Positions 20,321-31,963 of a stretch of DNA of 64,000 bases are shown here, piece by piece. The DNA lies in the NCBI GenBank assembly GCA_964202905.1, contig CAXNJO010000001.1, positions 864,001 through 928,000 of the forward strand. Reading direction: 5' to 3'. The notes beneath the pieces were generated by a model. The model had not been told where the DNA came from. It was given only the letters and a program-made list of their open reading frames with translations, and ran no database searches. Numbering within the stretch: the stretch's first letter is position 1; each line of letters opens with the position of its first letter. This stretch comes from Polyangiales bacterium (GTDB lineage Bacteria > Myxococcota_A > Polyangia > Polyangiales > JADJQN01). The translations under genes were made by a program, and so were the position numbers.

Positions 20321-21165
20321 CGCGCGCGCTCCGCCATGGCCTCGCGGCGCTCCTCGTCGCCGCCCTCGCCGCGACGCCGCTCGCTGCGTCGGGCGCCCGC
20401 GCGCAGGACGCGCCGCCGGCCTCGCCCTCGGCGAGCCAGATCGCGCTCGCGCGGAGGCTCTTCGTCGAGGGCGTCGAGGCCGCGCAGGCGCGGCGCTTCG
20501 ACGACGCGCGCGCCGCGTTCGAGCGCTCGTACGCGCTCTCGGGGCGCGAGGTGACGCTGCTCAACCTCGCGCACGTCCTCGCGGAGTCCGGGAAGCTCGT
20601 CGCGGCCGTCGACACGTATCGGCGCTTCTTCGCGCGGGCCGACGCCGAGACGCAGGTGCGGCATGGCGAGGACGCGCGCGCCGCGCTCGTGCTGCTCGAG
20701 CGACGCCTCACCTCGCTCACCATCGTCGTGCGGAACCTGCGCGACGACGACGTCGTGAGGCTCGACGACGACACCATCGCGCGCGAGGGTCTCGGCCTCG
20801 AAGTGCCGGTGGATCCGGGCTCGCACACGGTCGATGTGCGCCGGGGAAGCGTGAGCTGCGCGCGCCGTACGCTGCGTCTCGCCGAGCGCGAGCGCGGCGA
20901 CGTCGAACTCGACGCGACGTGTCCGCCGCCTCCGGAAGAGGTCGCGCGCCTCGCCGCGGTGGAGGCCGAGGCGCGGGCCGAGCGCGAGCGGGAGGCCGAG
21001 CGGGTCGCGGACGAGCGCAGCGCGCGGGCCTGGGTGTGGGTCGGCGTCGGCGCGGGCGTGCTCGCCGCCGCGGGCGTGGTCGTCGCGGCGGTGCTGCTCT
21101 CGCAGCCGGAGCCGATCCCGTCGTACGTCGGCAACTTCGGGCCGGGGACGATCAACCTGCCCTGA
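20317..21165 (+). CDS. TPR + PEGA-like exported protein with C-terminal TM
   Basis: Signal peptide ending ARA-Q; ARRLFVEGV...AFERSYAL...LLNLA TPR; VPVDPGSHTV; WVWVGVGAG TM. Confidence 0.75.
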   Translation: MTRALRHGLAALLVAALAATPLAASGARAQDAPPASPSASQIALARRLFVEGVEAAQARRFDDARAAFERSYALSGREVTLLNLAHVLAESGKLVAAVDTYRRFFARADAETQVRHGEDARAALVLLERRLTSLTIVVRNLRDDDVVRLDDDTIAREGLGLEVPVDPGSHTVDVRRGSVSCARRTLRLAERERGDVELDATCPPPPEEVARLAAVEAEARAEREREAERVADERSARAWVWVGVGAGVLAAAGVVVAAVLLSQPEPIPSYVGNFGPGTINLP

Positions 21166-21184
21166 TGGCGCCGCGTCGGCCTGC

Positions 21185-23674
21185 TCACGCCTCCGCGCGC
21201 CTGCGCGCAGCCAGCCCCCGCGCGAGCAACGGCAGGAGCGCGAGGTAGCCGCAGCCCGCGAGCACGAAGAGCGCGCCGAGGCCGAGCTCGTGCGCCACGA
21301 TGATCCCGCCGCTCGACGCGAGCACGCCCCCGACGCCGTTGATGCCCCAGAGCCACGGCGCCTCGTCGCGGAGCGTCGCGCCGAAGACGCGCATCCCGCC
21401 CGGGAACGCCGTCCCGAGCGAGATCCCGAGCGTCGCCGTGAGCCCCGCGGCGAAGGCGATGCGCTGCGTGAGCGGGGCGGCCGCGAGCGTGCCCGCCCAG
21501 CCCGGGAGCAGCCACGCGAGCGCGAAGAGCAGCGACGCCGTGATGAGCGGGGGCACGAAGCACGCGGGCGCGCGGTGGAGCGGCAGGCGATCGCTGAGCC
21601 ACGAGCCGAGCCCCGCGGCGCCGACCAGCGCGGCGAGCACCACGACGAGCCCATAGAGCGGGTGCCCGAGCACGAGCCCGAGGCGCTGCAGCAGGCCGAT
21701 CTCCGCGAGCATGAAGGCCACGCCGATCACCGCGAAATACGCGATGCCCGCGGCGACGAGCCCGCGCGGCGGTGGTGGTGCGCGGCGCGGCGCGGCGCGA
21801 TCGGCCCGGCGACGCAGGGCGATCGGGCCGATCACCGCGAGCGCGACGAGCACGAGGGACGCGAGGAACGCGAGCGCGAGCGTGAGCGTCGCGCGGCGGT
21901 TGCCCTCGATCGTGCCGCCCGCGTCCTCGGGGAGCGTCACGAACCACGCGCGCATCCGCAGCAGATTGAAGAAGAAGGGGCGGTCGTCGGTGGGGGGCCG
22001 CAGATCGAAGACCGGTCCGAGAGTCCGTGCATCGAGCTCGGCGCGCGTGCGGCTCTCCGCGATCGGCGCGAGGGCCGCGGCCGCCTCGCCCGTCGCGGCA
22101 CCGTCTGCGCCCGGCGCGAGGAGGATCTCGAAGCCGAGGCGCGGCTCGACGGTCGCGAGGCGCGCGAGGTCCGCGGGCGTCAACGGATCGACGCCGACGA
22201 GCAGCGTCGCGACGATGCCGACGCGCACGAGCGCGAGGTGCGCGAGCGGCCGTGCGGCCCCGCGCTCGAGCAGCGCCGCCGTCGCGAGCGCGACCATGCG
22301 CGCCGTCTCGTCCGTCGTCCCGCCCTGGTGCCAGCGCGACACGCTCAGCACGCCGCCCCGCGCGAGCCGCGCGAGGAACGCGCGCCACGCCTCCACCGTG
22401 TAGAGCCCGTTCTCGCCGAGCGCATGCGCGCCCGCGCCCGTCGCCGCCCAGGTGTCGACGAGCGACATCTGCACGACGTCGAACTGCTCGCGCGAGCGCG
22501 CCATCCAGCTGCGCCCGTCGTCGTGCACGAGCCGCACGCGCGGCGAGTCCGCGATGCGCGCCGGCGCGCCGAGCGGGCCGCGCAGCAGCTCGAGCAGCCG
22601 CCCGTTCAGCTCGATCCCGGTGACGTGCTCGTGCCCGAACATCAGCGCCGTCTGCAGATCGCGCGAGCCGCCGACGCCGATGATCGCGACGCGCCCGCGC
22701 GGCCGGATCTGGTGCACCACGCTCGTCACGTCGCACGCGAGAAAGCGCATCGACGCGATGTCCGGGTCCGCGTGGTAGAGCACCGTGCCCGCGTCGCCGT
22801 CGATGTTGATCCAGCGCTGCTCGACCTCGGCCGCCGGGCACGTGCCGCGGCTCCAGTACACGGCCGGCCCGCGCCACGCGCGGAAGACGTGGATGCGCGA
22901 GTGGCTGTTCCACGTCTCGAGCTCGAGCTTGCCGCGCTCCTCCGCGCGCCCCTTCACCCAGAGCGGAACGAGCCCGTGCGGCCCCGCTGCGTTCGCGGCC
23001 GTCACCGCGGCGAGCACGCCGGCCACGACGAGCGCACGCCGCACGCCGCGCACGTCCTTGACCGATCGCGCGTAGAGCGCGGAGGCGAGCGCGGCGACCG
23101 CCGCCATCGCGAGGATCGCGGAGCCCGCGTCGAGGTGCTCGAGCAGCGCCGGCACGAGCGGCGCGCCGAGCGCGGCGCCCGCGAGATCCACCGCGTAGAT
23201 GCGGCCGACCGGCAGCGTCGAGCGCGTGAGGCTCGCGGCCACGATCGCGCCCGCGGCGATGAACGGCAGCGAGATCGTGAGCGCGAAGAGCAGAAAGAGC
23301 AGCGCCGTCGTCGCGACCGGCTCGACACGCAGCGGCACGACGAGCAGGAGCACGTAGCTGAGCGGGATCGCGGCTGCGAGGTAGAGCGCGTCCCTCGCGA
23401 GTTGCGCGCCGAGCCGCCCCGGCGCGTAGAGCGCGGGCCGCAGGTACACGCGCACCGCGCCCGCCGTCAGGCCGAAGAGGCCCATCCCGATCACGAGGAA
23501 CGCCAACGAATACCAGGTGATGACCGAGAGCAGCCGCGTGACGAGCACCTCGAGGGCGAGCATCACCGCAGTCACGAGGAAGAGGCCGCCGAGGAACGGC
23601 GCCTGCGCGGGCTGCGGGTCGGGGTGCGCGTCGGGCTGCGGGTCGGACTGCGGCTCGGGCTGCGGGGCGGACAT
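21185..23674 (-). CDS. Spermidine-synthase-like SAM-dependent membrane protein
   Basis: N- and C-terminal TM bundles (YAVDLAGAALG, WGINGVGGV); IIGVGGSRD, IELN, DDGRS, ENGLYTVEA, PPTDDRPFFF. Confidence 0.8.
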   Translation of the reverse strand: MSAPQPEPQSDPQPDAHPDPQPAQAPFLGGLFLVTAVMLALEVLVTRLLSVITWYSLAFLVIGMGLFGLTAGAVRVYLRPALYAPGRLGAQLARDALYLAAAIPLSYVLLLVVPLRVEPVATTALLFLLFALTISLPFIAAGAIVAASLTRSTLPVGRIYAVDLAGAALGAPLVPALLEHLDAGSAILAMAAVAALASALYARSVKDVRGVRRALVVAGVLAAVTAANAAGPHGLVPLWVKGRAEERGKLELETWNSHSRIHVFRAWRGPAVYWSRGTCPAAEVEQRWINIDGDAGTVLYHADPDIASMRFLACDVTSVVHQIRPRGRVAIIGVGGSRDLQTALMFGHEHVTGIELNGRLLELLRGPLGAPARIADSPRVRLVHDDGRSWMARSREQFDVVQMSLVDTWAATGAGAHALGENGLYTVEAWRAFLARLARGGVLSVSRWHQGGTTDETARMVALATAALLERGAARPLAHLALVRVGIVATLLVGVDPLTPADLARLATVEPRLGFEILLAPGADGAATGEAAAALAPIAESRTRAELDARTLGPVFDLRPPTDDRPFFFNLLRMRAWFVTLPEDAGGTIEGNRRATLTLALAFLASLVLVALAVIGPIALRRRADRAAPRRAPPPPRGLVAAGIAYFAVIGVAFMLAEIGLLQRLGLVLGHPLYGLVVVLAALVGAAGLGSWLSDRLPLHRAPACFVPPLITASLLFALAWLLPGWAGTLAAAPLTQRIAFAAGLTATLGISLGTAFPGGMRVFGATLRDEAPWLWGINGVGGVLASSGGIIVAHELGLGALFVLAGCGYLALLPLLARGLAARRRAEA

Positions 23675-23722
23675 GGCGCGGCGCACTGTAACAGCGCGTC
23701 GGCGCGCCCCGCGCGCGCCGGG

Positions 23723-24781
<1,059 letters not shown>

Positions 24782-24800
24782 CGGGCCAGCTTCCCCGACG

Positions 24801-24825
24801 TGAAACGTTGTTTCAATCTGTTTCA
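24801..24825. promoter_or_regulatory. Putative operator in the divergent EBP/add intergenic region
   Basis: TGAAAC-GTT-GTTTCA palindrome plus an extra GTTTCA half-site; AT-rich in GC-rich DNA. Confidence 0.5.
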
Positions 24826-24894
24826 GGCCGCGGGGCATCGGTGCGCTCCCCGTGGCCGTTGTCGCCTCGGCGGGGCGCCGTGCTAGATCGCGCC

Positions 24895-25959
24895 ATGCCG
24901 CTGCCGCTCTCCTTCTTCGAACGCCTCCCGAAGACCGACCTCCACGTCCACCTCGACGGCTCGCTGCGCCTCGAGACGATCCTCGAGCTCGCCGAGCGCG
25001 AGAAGATCGCGCTCCCCGCGACCGACGTCGATGGCCTGCGCAAGGCGATGAACGCGGGCGCGGTGACGGGCTCGCTGGTCGAGTACCTCAAGGCCTTCGA
25101 CATCACGCTGCGCGTCATGCAGAAGGAGGCCGCGCTCACGCGCATCGCCTACGAGCTCGCCGAGGACGCCGCGAAGGAGAACGTCCGCTACATGGAGGTG
25201 CGCTACGCGCCGATGCTCCACACGCGCAACGGCCTCCGCCTCACGGCCGTCGTCGAGTCGGTGCTCGCGGGTCTGCGCGCCGCGCAGAAGGACCACGGCA
25301 TCGAGTCGAACGTGATCGTCTGCGGCATCCGCAACATCTCGCCCGAGTCCTCGCTCGAGATGGCGCAGCTCGCGGTCGCCTACAAGAACCGCGGCGTCGT
25401 CGCCTTCGACCTCGCGGGCGCCGAGTACGACCACCCCGCCAAGCACCACCGCGAGGCGTTTCAGCTCGTCCGCGACAACAACATCAACGTCACGATCCAC
25501 GCGGGCGAGGCGTACGGCCCCGAGTCGATCGCGCAGGCGATCCACGTCTGCGGCGCGCACCGCATCGGTCACGGCTGCCGCCTCCGCGAGGACGGCGATC
25601 TCCTGCACTACGTCAACGATCACCGCATCGCGCTCGAGTGCTGCCCCTCGTCGAACGTGCAGACGGGCGCGGTGCGCGACCTCGCGAGCCACCCGCTCAA
25701 GCTCTATTACGACCTCGGGCTGCGCGTGACGGTGAACACCGACAATCGCCTCGTCACGGACACCACCGTCTCGAAGGAGCTGTGGCTCACGCACACGCAG
25801 ATGGGCCTCGCGCTCCCCGACATCAAGCGCATCATCCTCAACGGGATGAAGGCGGCCTTTCTGCCCTTCCACATCAAGCAGAGCATGCTCCGCAAGATGT
25901 CCGCCGAGCTCGACGCGATCCCGGAGCCCGGCGCCGACGTGGCGGCCGCGTCGGCGTGA
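24895..25959 (+). CDS. add: Adenosine deaminase
   Basis: PKTDLHVHLDGS, YMEVRYAP, DLAGAE, HAGEA, RIGHG, ECCPSSN, NTDN. Confidence 0.95.
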   Translation: MPLPLSFFERLPKTDLHVHLDGSLRLETILELAEREKIALPATDVDGLRKAMNAGAVTGSLVEYLKAFDITLRVMQKEAALTRIAYELAEDAAKENVRYMEVRYAPMLHTRNGLRLTAVVESVLAGLRAAQKDHGIESNVIVCGIRNISPESSLEMAQLAVAYKNRGVVAFDLAGAEYDHPAKHHREAFQLVRDNNINVTIHAGEAYGPESIAQAIHVCGAHRIGHGCRLREDGDLLHYVNDHRIALECCPSSNVQTGAVRDLASHPLKLYYDLGLRVTVNTDNRLVTDTTVSKELWLTHTQMGLALPDIKRIILNGMKAAFLPFHIKQSMLRKMSAELDAIPEPGADVAAASA

Positions 25960-26050
25960 TCGCGCTGCGTTGAACGCACGCGGCGTCGCCCGGCGTGCGG
26001 GTGCGCACGCGCGGCCCTGTCGTCGCGACGCGCGTGCGTACGTCGCGGCG

Positions 26051-26311
26051 ATGAACGGCACGCTCTCCGATCAGCTCCGCGCCCTGCATCGCACCCTCGC
26101 CGAGACCCCGGCGCTCGACGACGCCACGCGCGCCCTGCTCGCGGACGTGCGCCGTGACGTCGAGCGTGCGCTGGCGGCGCCCGACGCGGACGCGCACGGC
26201 TCGCTCGCGACGCGACTCCGCGCGTCGGTCCAGCACGTCGAGGCGAGGCATCCCGACCTCGTCGCGGCCGTGCAGCGCGTGTTGAACCAGCTCTCCGATC
26301 TCGGCGTGTAG
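26051..26311 (+). CDS. DUF4404-like small helical protein
   Basis: L..LH..L...LDD.TR.LL...HP.L......L..LS.LGV pattern. Confidence 0.7.
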   Translation: MNGTLSDQLRALHRTLAETPALDDATRALLADVRRDVERALAAPDADAHGSLATRLRASVQHVEARHPDLVAAVQRVLNQLSDLGV

Positions 26312-26370
26312 ACGCGGCGCCGCGTGGCCCCACTGGGGCGATGGACGCGGCTCTGGTAGCCTGAGCGTCC

Positions 26371-28682
26371 ATGCGCGCCACGCTTGCCCTCTTCGCCGCC
26401 GTCGCCGTCACGCTCGCCGCGCGCACCGCCTCCGCGAACTATCCCGGCAACGTCCCGAACGGCTATTCCAGCCCGGGCGTCGGGCGCTGCGCGCTCTGTC
26501 ACGTCGCCGCCACGGGCGGCGGCACGCGCACCACGTTCGGCGAGAACTTCCGTCTCGGCGCGGATGGCGTCGCGGGGAACGCGGACGACCACGTGTGGAA
26601 CCGCTGGCTCGCGCAGCGCGACTCCGACGGCGATGGCTGGTCGAACGGCCAGGAGCTCGGCGATCCCTTCGCGCGCTGGCCCGGTGTCGCCGCGACGGCC
26701 TATCGCTCGAATCCGGGCTCGGGAAGCAGCGAACCCGCGGATTTCAGCCTCTGCGCGTCGGCCTCGAACAACGACTGCGAGCCCACGGCGAACGGCGGCA
26801 CGTGCGCGTCGTCGTCCACGGGCGGCGCGGGCGACTGGGACTGCGGCTGCGCGTCCGGCTACACGGGCACGGGCGACGAGCGCACGTTCGGGTACGTCGG
26901 CGGCAGCATCCCCTACACGATCCGCAGCTCGTCCGTCGACGGCTGCGCGGACGTCAACGAGTGCGCCACCGCGGGCCGCTGCGGCGTGGTCTCGGGCGCG
27001 GCGTGCACGAACATCAGCGGCTCGTACCGCTGCACGTGTCCGAGCGGTTACACGGCCCCCGCGACGGGCGGAAGCTGCGCGGACGCGAACGAGTGCCTCA
27101 CGGCGGGGCGCTGCGGGACGGGGACCTGCACGAACACGGCCGGCGCCTACACCTGCAGCTGCCCTGCGGGGTTCTCGTTCAACGGCACGACCTGCGTCGA
27201 CGACGACGTCTGCAACCCCACGCCCTGCGGCGCGAACTCGACGTGCGTCATCCGCGGCGGCGTCGCCCAGTGTGGCTGTTTGTCCGGCTATTCGGCACGA
27301 CCCGGGCTCGGCGGCTGTCTGGACATCAACGAGTGCGCGGTGGTCGGACGCTGCGGCACGGTCACCGGCGCGATCTGCACCAACACGACGGGCTCGTACA
27401 CGTGCGCGTGCCCCGCAGGCTACGAAGCGCCCCCGACGGGCGGGCGCGTGCGCCGACGTGGACGAGTGCGCCGACGATCGCCCGACCTCTGCGGCGCCGG
27501 GCACCTGCGCGAACACCGCGGGCTCGTACACGTGCACGTGCCCCGCGGGCTCGGTCGCCGCGGGTGGGACCTGCGTGGACGTCGACGAATGCGCCGTCGA
27601 TCCGTGCGGCCCCGGCCTCTGCACGGAGCTCGAGCCCGGCCCCGGCTACGCGTGCGCATGCCAGGGCGGCTACGCCGCGCCGGAGAGCGGCGGCACCTGC
27701 GCCGACGTCGACGAGTGCGCTCGATCCGGGGCTCAGCCTCTGCTCGCTCAACGCCTCCTGCGCGAACGCGATCGGCGCGTTCACGTGCACGTGCAACGCG
27801 GGCTACGCGGGCGACGGGCAGGAGTGCCTCGACGTCGACGAGTGCGCGAGCGACGCGACGAACGACTGCGACCCGAACGCGGACTGCACGAACGCCGAGG
27901 CCACCTACGACTGCGCCTGCCGCGCTGGCTGGGTCGGCTCGGGCTTCGCGTGCGCCGACGAGGACGACTGCGCGACGGGCGCGGTCGCATGCGGGGCGAA
28001 CGAGCGCTGCGTGAACCAGACGGGCGCGCCGGGGCTCTGCGAGTGCGTGCCCGGCACCTCGCGGCCCACGCCGATGGGCCCGTGCGCGGCCGTGTGCGGC
28101 GACGGACAGCGCGCGGGTGGCGAGCCCTGCGACGACGGAAATGCCATCTCTGGAGATGGCTGCGATGCGCTGTGCGCAGTCGAGGCCGGCTGGTCCTGTT
28201 CCGAGGCGGGCGGCGGCGCGAGCACGTGCGCGGAGACCTGCGGCGACGGCCTCATCGATCCGGGCGAGGGCTGCGACGACGGCCCCGCCAACAGCGACAC
28301 CGCGCCCGACGCCTGCCGCGCGCGCTGCATCGCGGCCTACTGCGGCGACGGCGTGGTGGACACCGGCGAGGCCTGCGATCCCGGCGGAGCCGCGGCGCCG
28401 CTCCCCGAGGGCGCGTGCGCGGGCACCTGCACGCCGGACGCCGACGCGGGCGTTCCGAACGACGCCGGCGTGGACGATGGGGGCAGCGAGGTCGGCTCGG
28501 ACGCGGGCGCGAACGACGCGGGCTTCGACGCCGGGTCGATGGATGCCATCGCCGAAGCGGGTGGATGTGGCTGCCACGCGACGGGTGGTGGTGCGCGCGA
28601 TGGACGCGCGCTCGTCGCAATCGCTCTGCTTTGCGCGGTGATCACCGTGCGCCGTCGTGTCGCGGGCCGCAGACCGCGCTGA
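26371..28682 (+). CDS. Surface protein: temptin-like CxxCH domain, Ca-binding EGF repeats, myxobacterial CGDG repeats and MYXO-CTERM-like tail; frameshifts near 27445 and 27720
   Basis: Signal peptide; CALCH; DSDGDGWSNGQELGDP; D(V/I)NEC...C.N..GSY.C.C repeats continue across three frames (ORFs 26371, 26384, 26595); CGDG...E.CDDG; GGCGC + TM + RRR. Confidence 0.8.
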
Positions 28683-28783
28683 GGTGCGCGTCCCGGCTGC
28701 GTTTCGCGAGACAAATCGGTTGGAACAACGGTGTTCGGATCCCCCGTTGCCCTGCGCGCCGACGTTGCGATAGCGTCGTCGCC

Positions 28784-30060
28784 ATGTCGTCCTCGCGTCG
28801 TTTCGCGCCCGTCCCTGCCGTCCTCGTCGCTTTGCTCGTCGCGGCTCGCGGGTTGCGCCGCGGACGCGGTGCCGCCTGCTGCGGATGGCGGCGGCTCGGG
28901 CGGCGATCTCGGCCCCGAGACGGACGCGGGCTCCGTCCGATGCGTCGACGGGCGACGCCGCGCGGCTCCTGACGCGGGCCCCGCGCACGGACGCGGGTGC
29001 GCCCGATCTCGGCGCGGACATGACCATGTCGCTGCCCGATGCGGGGCCGCCCGATCTCGGCGTCGATGCGGGCCCCGCGCGCGACGTCTTCTGCGGCGAT
29101 CCCGTGCCCGAGGGCGCCGAGCGCCCGCCCGCGCTTCCTGCCTACAGCGGCGGCATGTGCCCGAGCTTCGTCGCGGGCCGCAACACGATCGCCACGATGG
29201 GCGGCAACCGCGAGTTCCTGCTCATCCTGCCGAGCGACGGCGTGCGGCCCGACGAGTCGCTCCCGCTCGTCTTCCTCTGGCACTGGCTCGGCGGCAGCGC
29301 GAGCGGTTTCCGCGATCGCGCCGGCGTGCAGGACGCCGTCGATCGTCTGCGCTTCATCGCCGTCATCCCGGAGGCCCGCAGCGCGCTCACGTTCAAGTGG
29401 CCGTACCTGCAGGCCGACCCGGGCTGCGTCGTGGACTTCGCCTGCAACTGCGACTGCGCCTACCGCAGCGAGCTCGCCTTCTTCGACGATCTGCTCGCTT
29501 GCGTCGGCACGCAGTTCTCCGTCGATCGCGACTGCGTGAGCTCCGTCGGCGTGAGCGCCGGCGCGCTCTGGACGGCGCAGCTCGCCTCGCAGCGCTCGCA
29601 GTACCTCGCCAGCATGCTCGTGCTCTCGGGTGGCGTCGGCGACGGCTCGGTCTCCCTCGATCCCGCGACGACGCTGCGCGCTTGGTCGCCTGCCGCGCAC
29701 AAACTGCCTTCGCTCGTGCTCTGGGGCGGGCCGAGCGACTTCTGCTTCCTCTTCTTCGAGTCGACCTCGCAGCGCCTCGAGCGGGCGCTCGCCGCCGAGG
29801 GCCACTTCGTCGAGGAGTGCATTCACAACTGCATGCACTCGGTGCCGCCCTTCGAGTCGGCTCCGGGCGCAGGTCAGTTCGACGTCCTCTGGGACTTCGT
29901 GCGCCGTCACCCCTACTGGCTGCGCGACGGCGAGTCGCCCTATCAGTCGACGGGCCTGCCGCCTTTCACGCCGCCCTGGTGCGGTGTCGGCGTCGGCAGC
30001 GCGACGATCCGCGCCGGCGAGTGCCCCGGCACCACACCCTTCCTCGGCTCGTGCGCGTGA
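28784..30060 (+). CDS. Alpha/beta hydrolase (PHB depolymerase/LpqC-like esterase), probable lipoprotein; N-terminus frameshifted near 28840..28970
   Basis: PLVFLWHWLGGS, GVSAGA nucleophile, WGGPSD, HNCMH; signal peptide from ATG 28784 is in another frame. Confidence 0.7.
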
Positions 30061-30135
30061 GTGAGTGGCGGCGGGGGGCGTGAGTGGTTTAACCACTCGG
30101 CGCCTTCGCGCCCGCCGTCGCGTCCACGCGCCCGC

Positions 30136-31791
30136 TCAAGGTGTCGTGCGGCGCGGCAGGAGGGCGCAGACGTCGAGGGCGCAGCGGCCCGCGGTGAAGT
30201 CGTAGTCGCAGTACGCGTCCTCGGCGCACGACGCGCCGCAGGGGGCGCCGAGCGGCGGGAGCGGGACGCACGTCGAGGCGCCCGAGGGCTCGACCGCGAG
30301 GCAGTCGAAGCCCTCGGTGCAGACGCCGCGCCAGTCGCACGACTCGCCGTCGCCCGGGATGCGGCGGCAGATCCACGGCCAGCCGCGCGTGTCGCAGCCG
30401 AGGCCGGGCGCGCAGTCGCTCGTGCCGGTGCTGCCGTCGCAGTTCTCGCCCGCTCCGAGGGCGGGCACGCAGATCGCGGGGCGTCGCGAGAAGTCGCAGC
30501 CGAGCCCGTCGCTGCACAGGCCGTCGCAGGTCTCGCCGAGGCGTGGGATCGGCTTGCAGACGGCGGTGTACGCGTCGCAGACGCGCCCGGGCCCGCACGA
30601 GGTGTAGGACCACGCGGGGTCGCACGGATCGCCGAGCGCGGGCATGACGTCGCAGGTGCCCACCGGATCGACGCCGATGCGCTCGCAGAACGCGCCCTCG
30701 GCGCAGCGCTCGAAGCAGCGCTCGCCCGGCATGGGTGGCGTGCGGCAGACGCCGGGGCGCACGGCGTCGCCGCTGCACGTGAGCTCGGGGCGGCAGGCGG
30801 CGTCCGAGGCGCAGCGCGCGCCGACGTCGCCCCGCGCGAGGCAGCGCTGCCGGAAGGCGGGCTGACACGTCGCCGCGGCGCCGCACGCGTCGCCGCCGAG
30901 CGTGCAGGGTGCAGTGCCGACGCCGGGCTCGCAGCGACCGCCTTCGCAGCGGAGCCCGGCCGTGCAGCGGCCCGTCTCGGTGCAGGCCTCGCCGCGCGCC
31001 GCGGGCGCGCCGCATACGCCGCCTATGCACGTCTCGGGCGCGGCGCAGTCCTCGTCGTCGCCGCACGCGCCGCCGGGCGCGACCGGGAGGGTGCACACCC
31101 CCGCGACGCACGCGGCGGGCGCCTGGCACAGCGTGGTGCACGGCGCGTCGAACGCGGGGAGCGGCACGCACGTCGCGCCGTCGCAGCGGCCTTCACCGTC
31201 GGCGCAGAGTCCGTCGTACGCGCACGCGCCGTCGATCGGGATGGAGCCGCCGAGCGCGTGGCGGCACGCGCGGTACGCCGCGAAGAAGTCGCGCTCGGGC
31301 GGCGCGCAGGCGTCGAGGGCTCGTTGGGCGGTGACGCGGCAGTCGGCGAGGAGCGCGTCGTCGATCCGCAGCGCGCCCGCGCGCACGGTCGCGGCGACGG
31401 CGTTGCGGTTGGCCGCCGCGCGGCACGAGGTGACGACGGTCCGCTCGCACGCCTCGACGTCCGCAGGCGGCGCGCCAAAACCTGGACATGCGCACGTCCA
31501 GGGGGCGCGACACTCCGCGTGCGCGCGCACCTCGCAGCGCAGCGCGATCAGCGCGTCCGCGACGGGGAAGGGGTCGAGCCCGGGGCCAGCGTCCTGCATT
31601 GGCGTTGCATCTGCAACAGCGTCGCGAATGTCGGCGTCGCGCGCTGCGTCCACGGGGATCGCCGCGTCGAAGCGTGCGTCGTCGAGGCCCGTGTCGCGCT
31701 CGGGACCCGCGTCGCGCGGAGACGCGTCGGGGGTGCACGCGGACGCGGCCAGCAGCCCGAGCAGCACGATCGCGGTGACGCGGCGACGCAC
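30136..31791 (-). CDS. Cys-rich lipoprotein (Dickkopf-like repeats)
   Basis: LLAASAC lipobox; about 10 GxxC....C..G..C repeats; likely GTG start. Confidence 0.75.
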   Translation of the reverse strand: MRRRVTAIVLLGLLAASACTPDASPRDAGPERDTGLDDARFDAAIPVDAARDADIRDAVADATPMQDAGPGLDPFPVADALIALRCEVRAHAECRAPWTCACPGFGAPPADVEACERTVVTSCRAAANRNAVAATVRAGALRIDDALLADCRVTAQRALDACAPPERDFFAAYRACRHALGGSIPIDGACAYDGLCADGEGRCDGATCVPLPAFDAPCTTLCQAPAACVAGVCTLPVAPGGACGDDEDCAAPETCIGGVCGAPAARGEACTETGRCTAGLRCEGGRCEPGVGTAPCTLGGDACGAAATCQPAFRQRCLARGDVGARCASDAACRPELTCSGDAVRPGVCRTPPMPGERCFERCAEGAFCERIGVDPVGTCDVMPALGDPCDPAWSYTSCGPGRVCDAYTAVCKPIPRLGETCDGLCSDGLGCDFSRRPAICVPALGAGENCDGSTGTSDCAPGLGCDTRGWPWICRRIPGDGESCDWRGVCTEGFDCLAVEPSGASTCVPLPPLGAPCGASCAEDAYCDYDFTAGRCALDVCALLPRRTTP

Positions 31792-31963
31792 GGCCGCTCG
31801 AGCGTGGTAGATGCCGACGCAGATGCAAGCACCGGCGTGCGGGGCGGATGCCTTCGCTGCGCGGCGCACCGCGCGCGGCGATGCTCTACACTCGCGCGGG
31901 ACCCATCGGGGACGAGGAGCAGGGACGATGCACGAGCGACGCTGCGTCTCGGGGCGCACAGCG

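Noticed and set aside
18691..21165. 824-aa lipoprotein-TPR fusion
   Set aside because: The junction reads as Arg-rich nonsense; the alternative frame gives a clean C-terminus and a GTGA overlap with a second gene that has its own signal peptide
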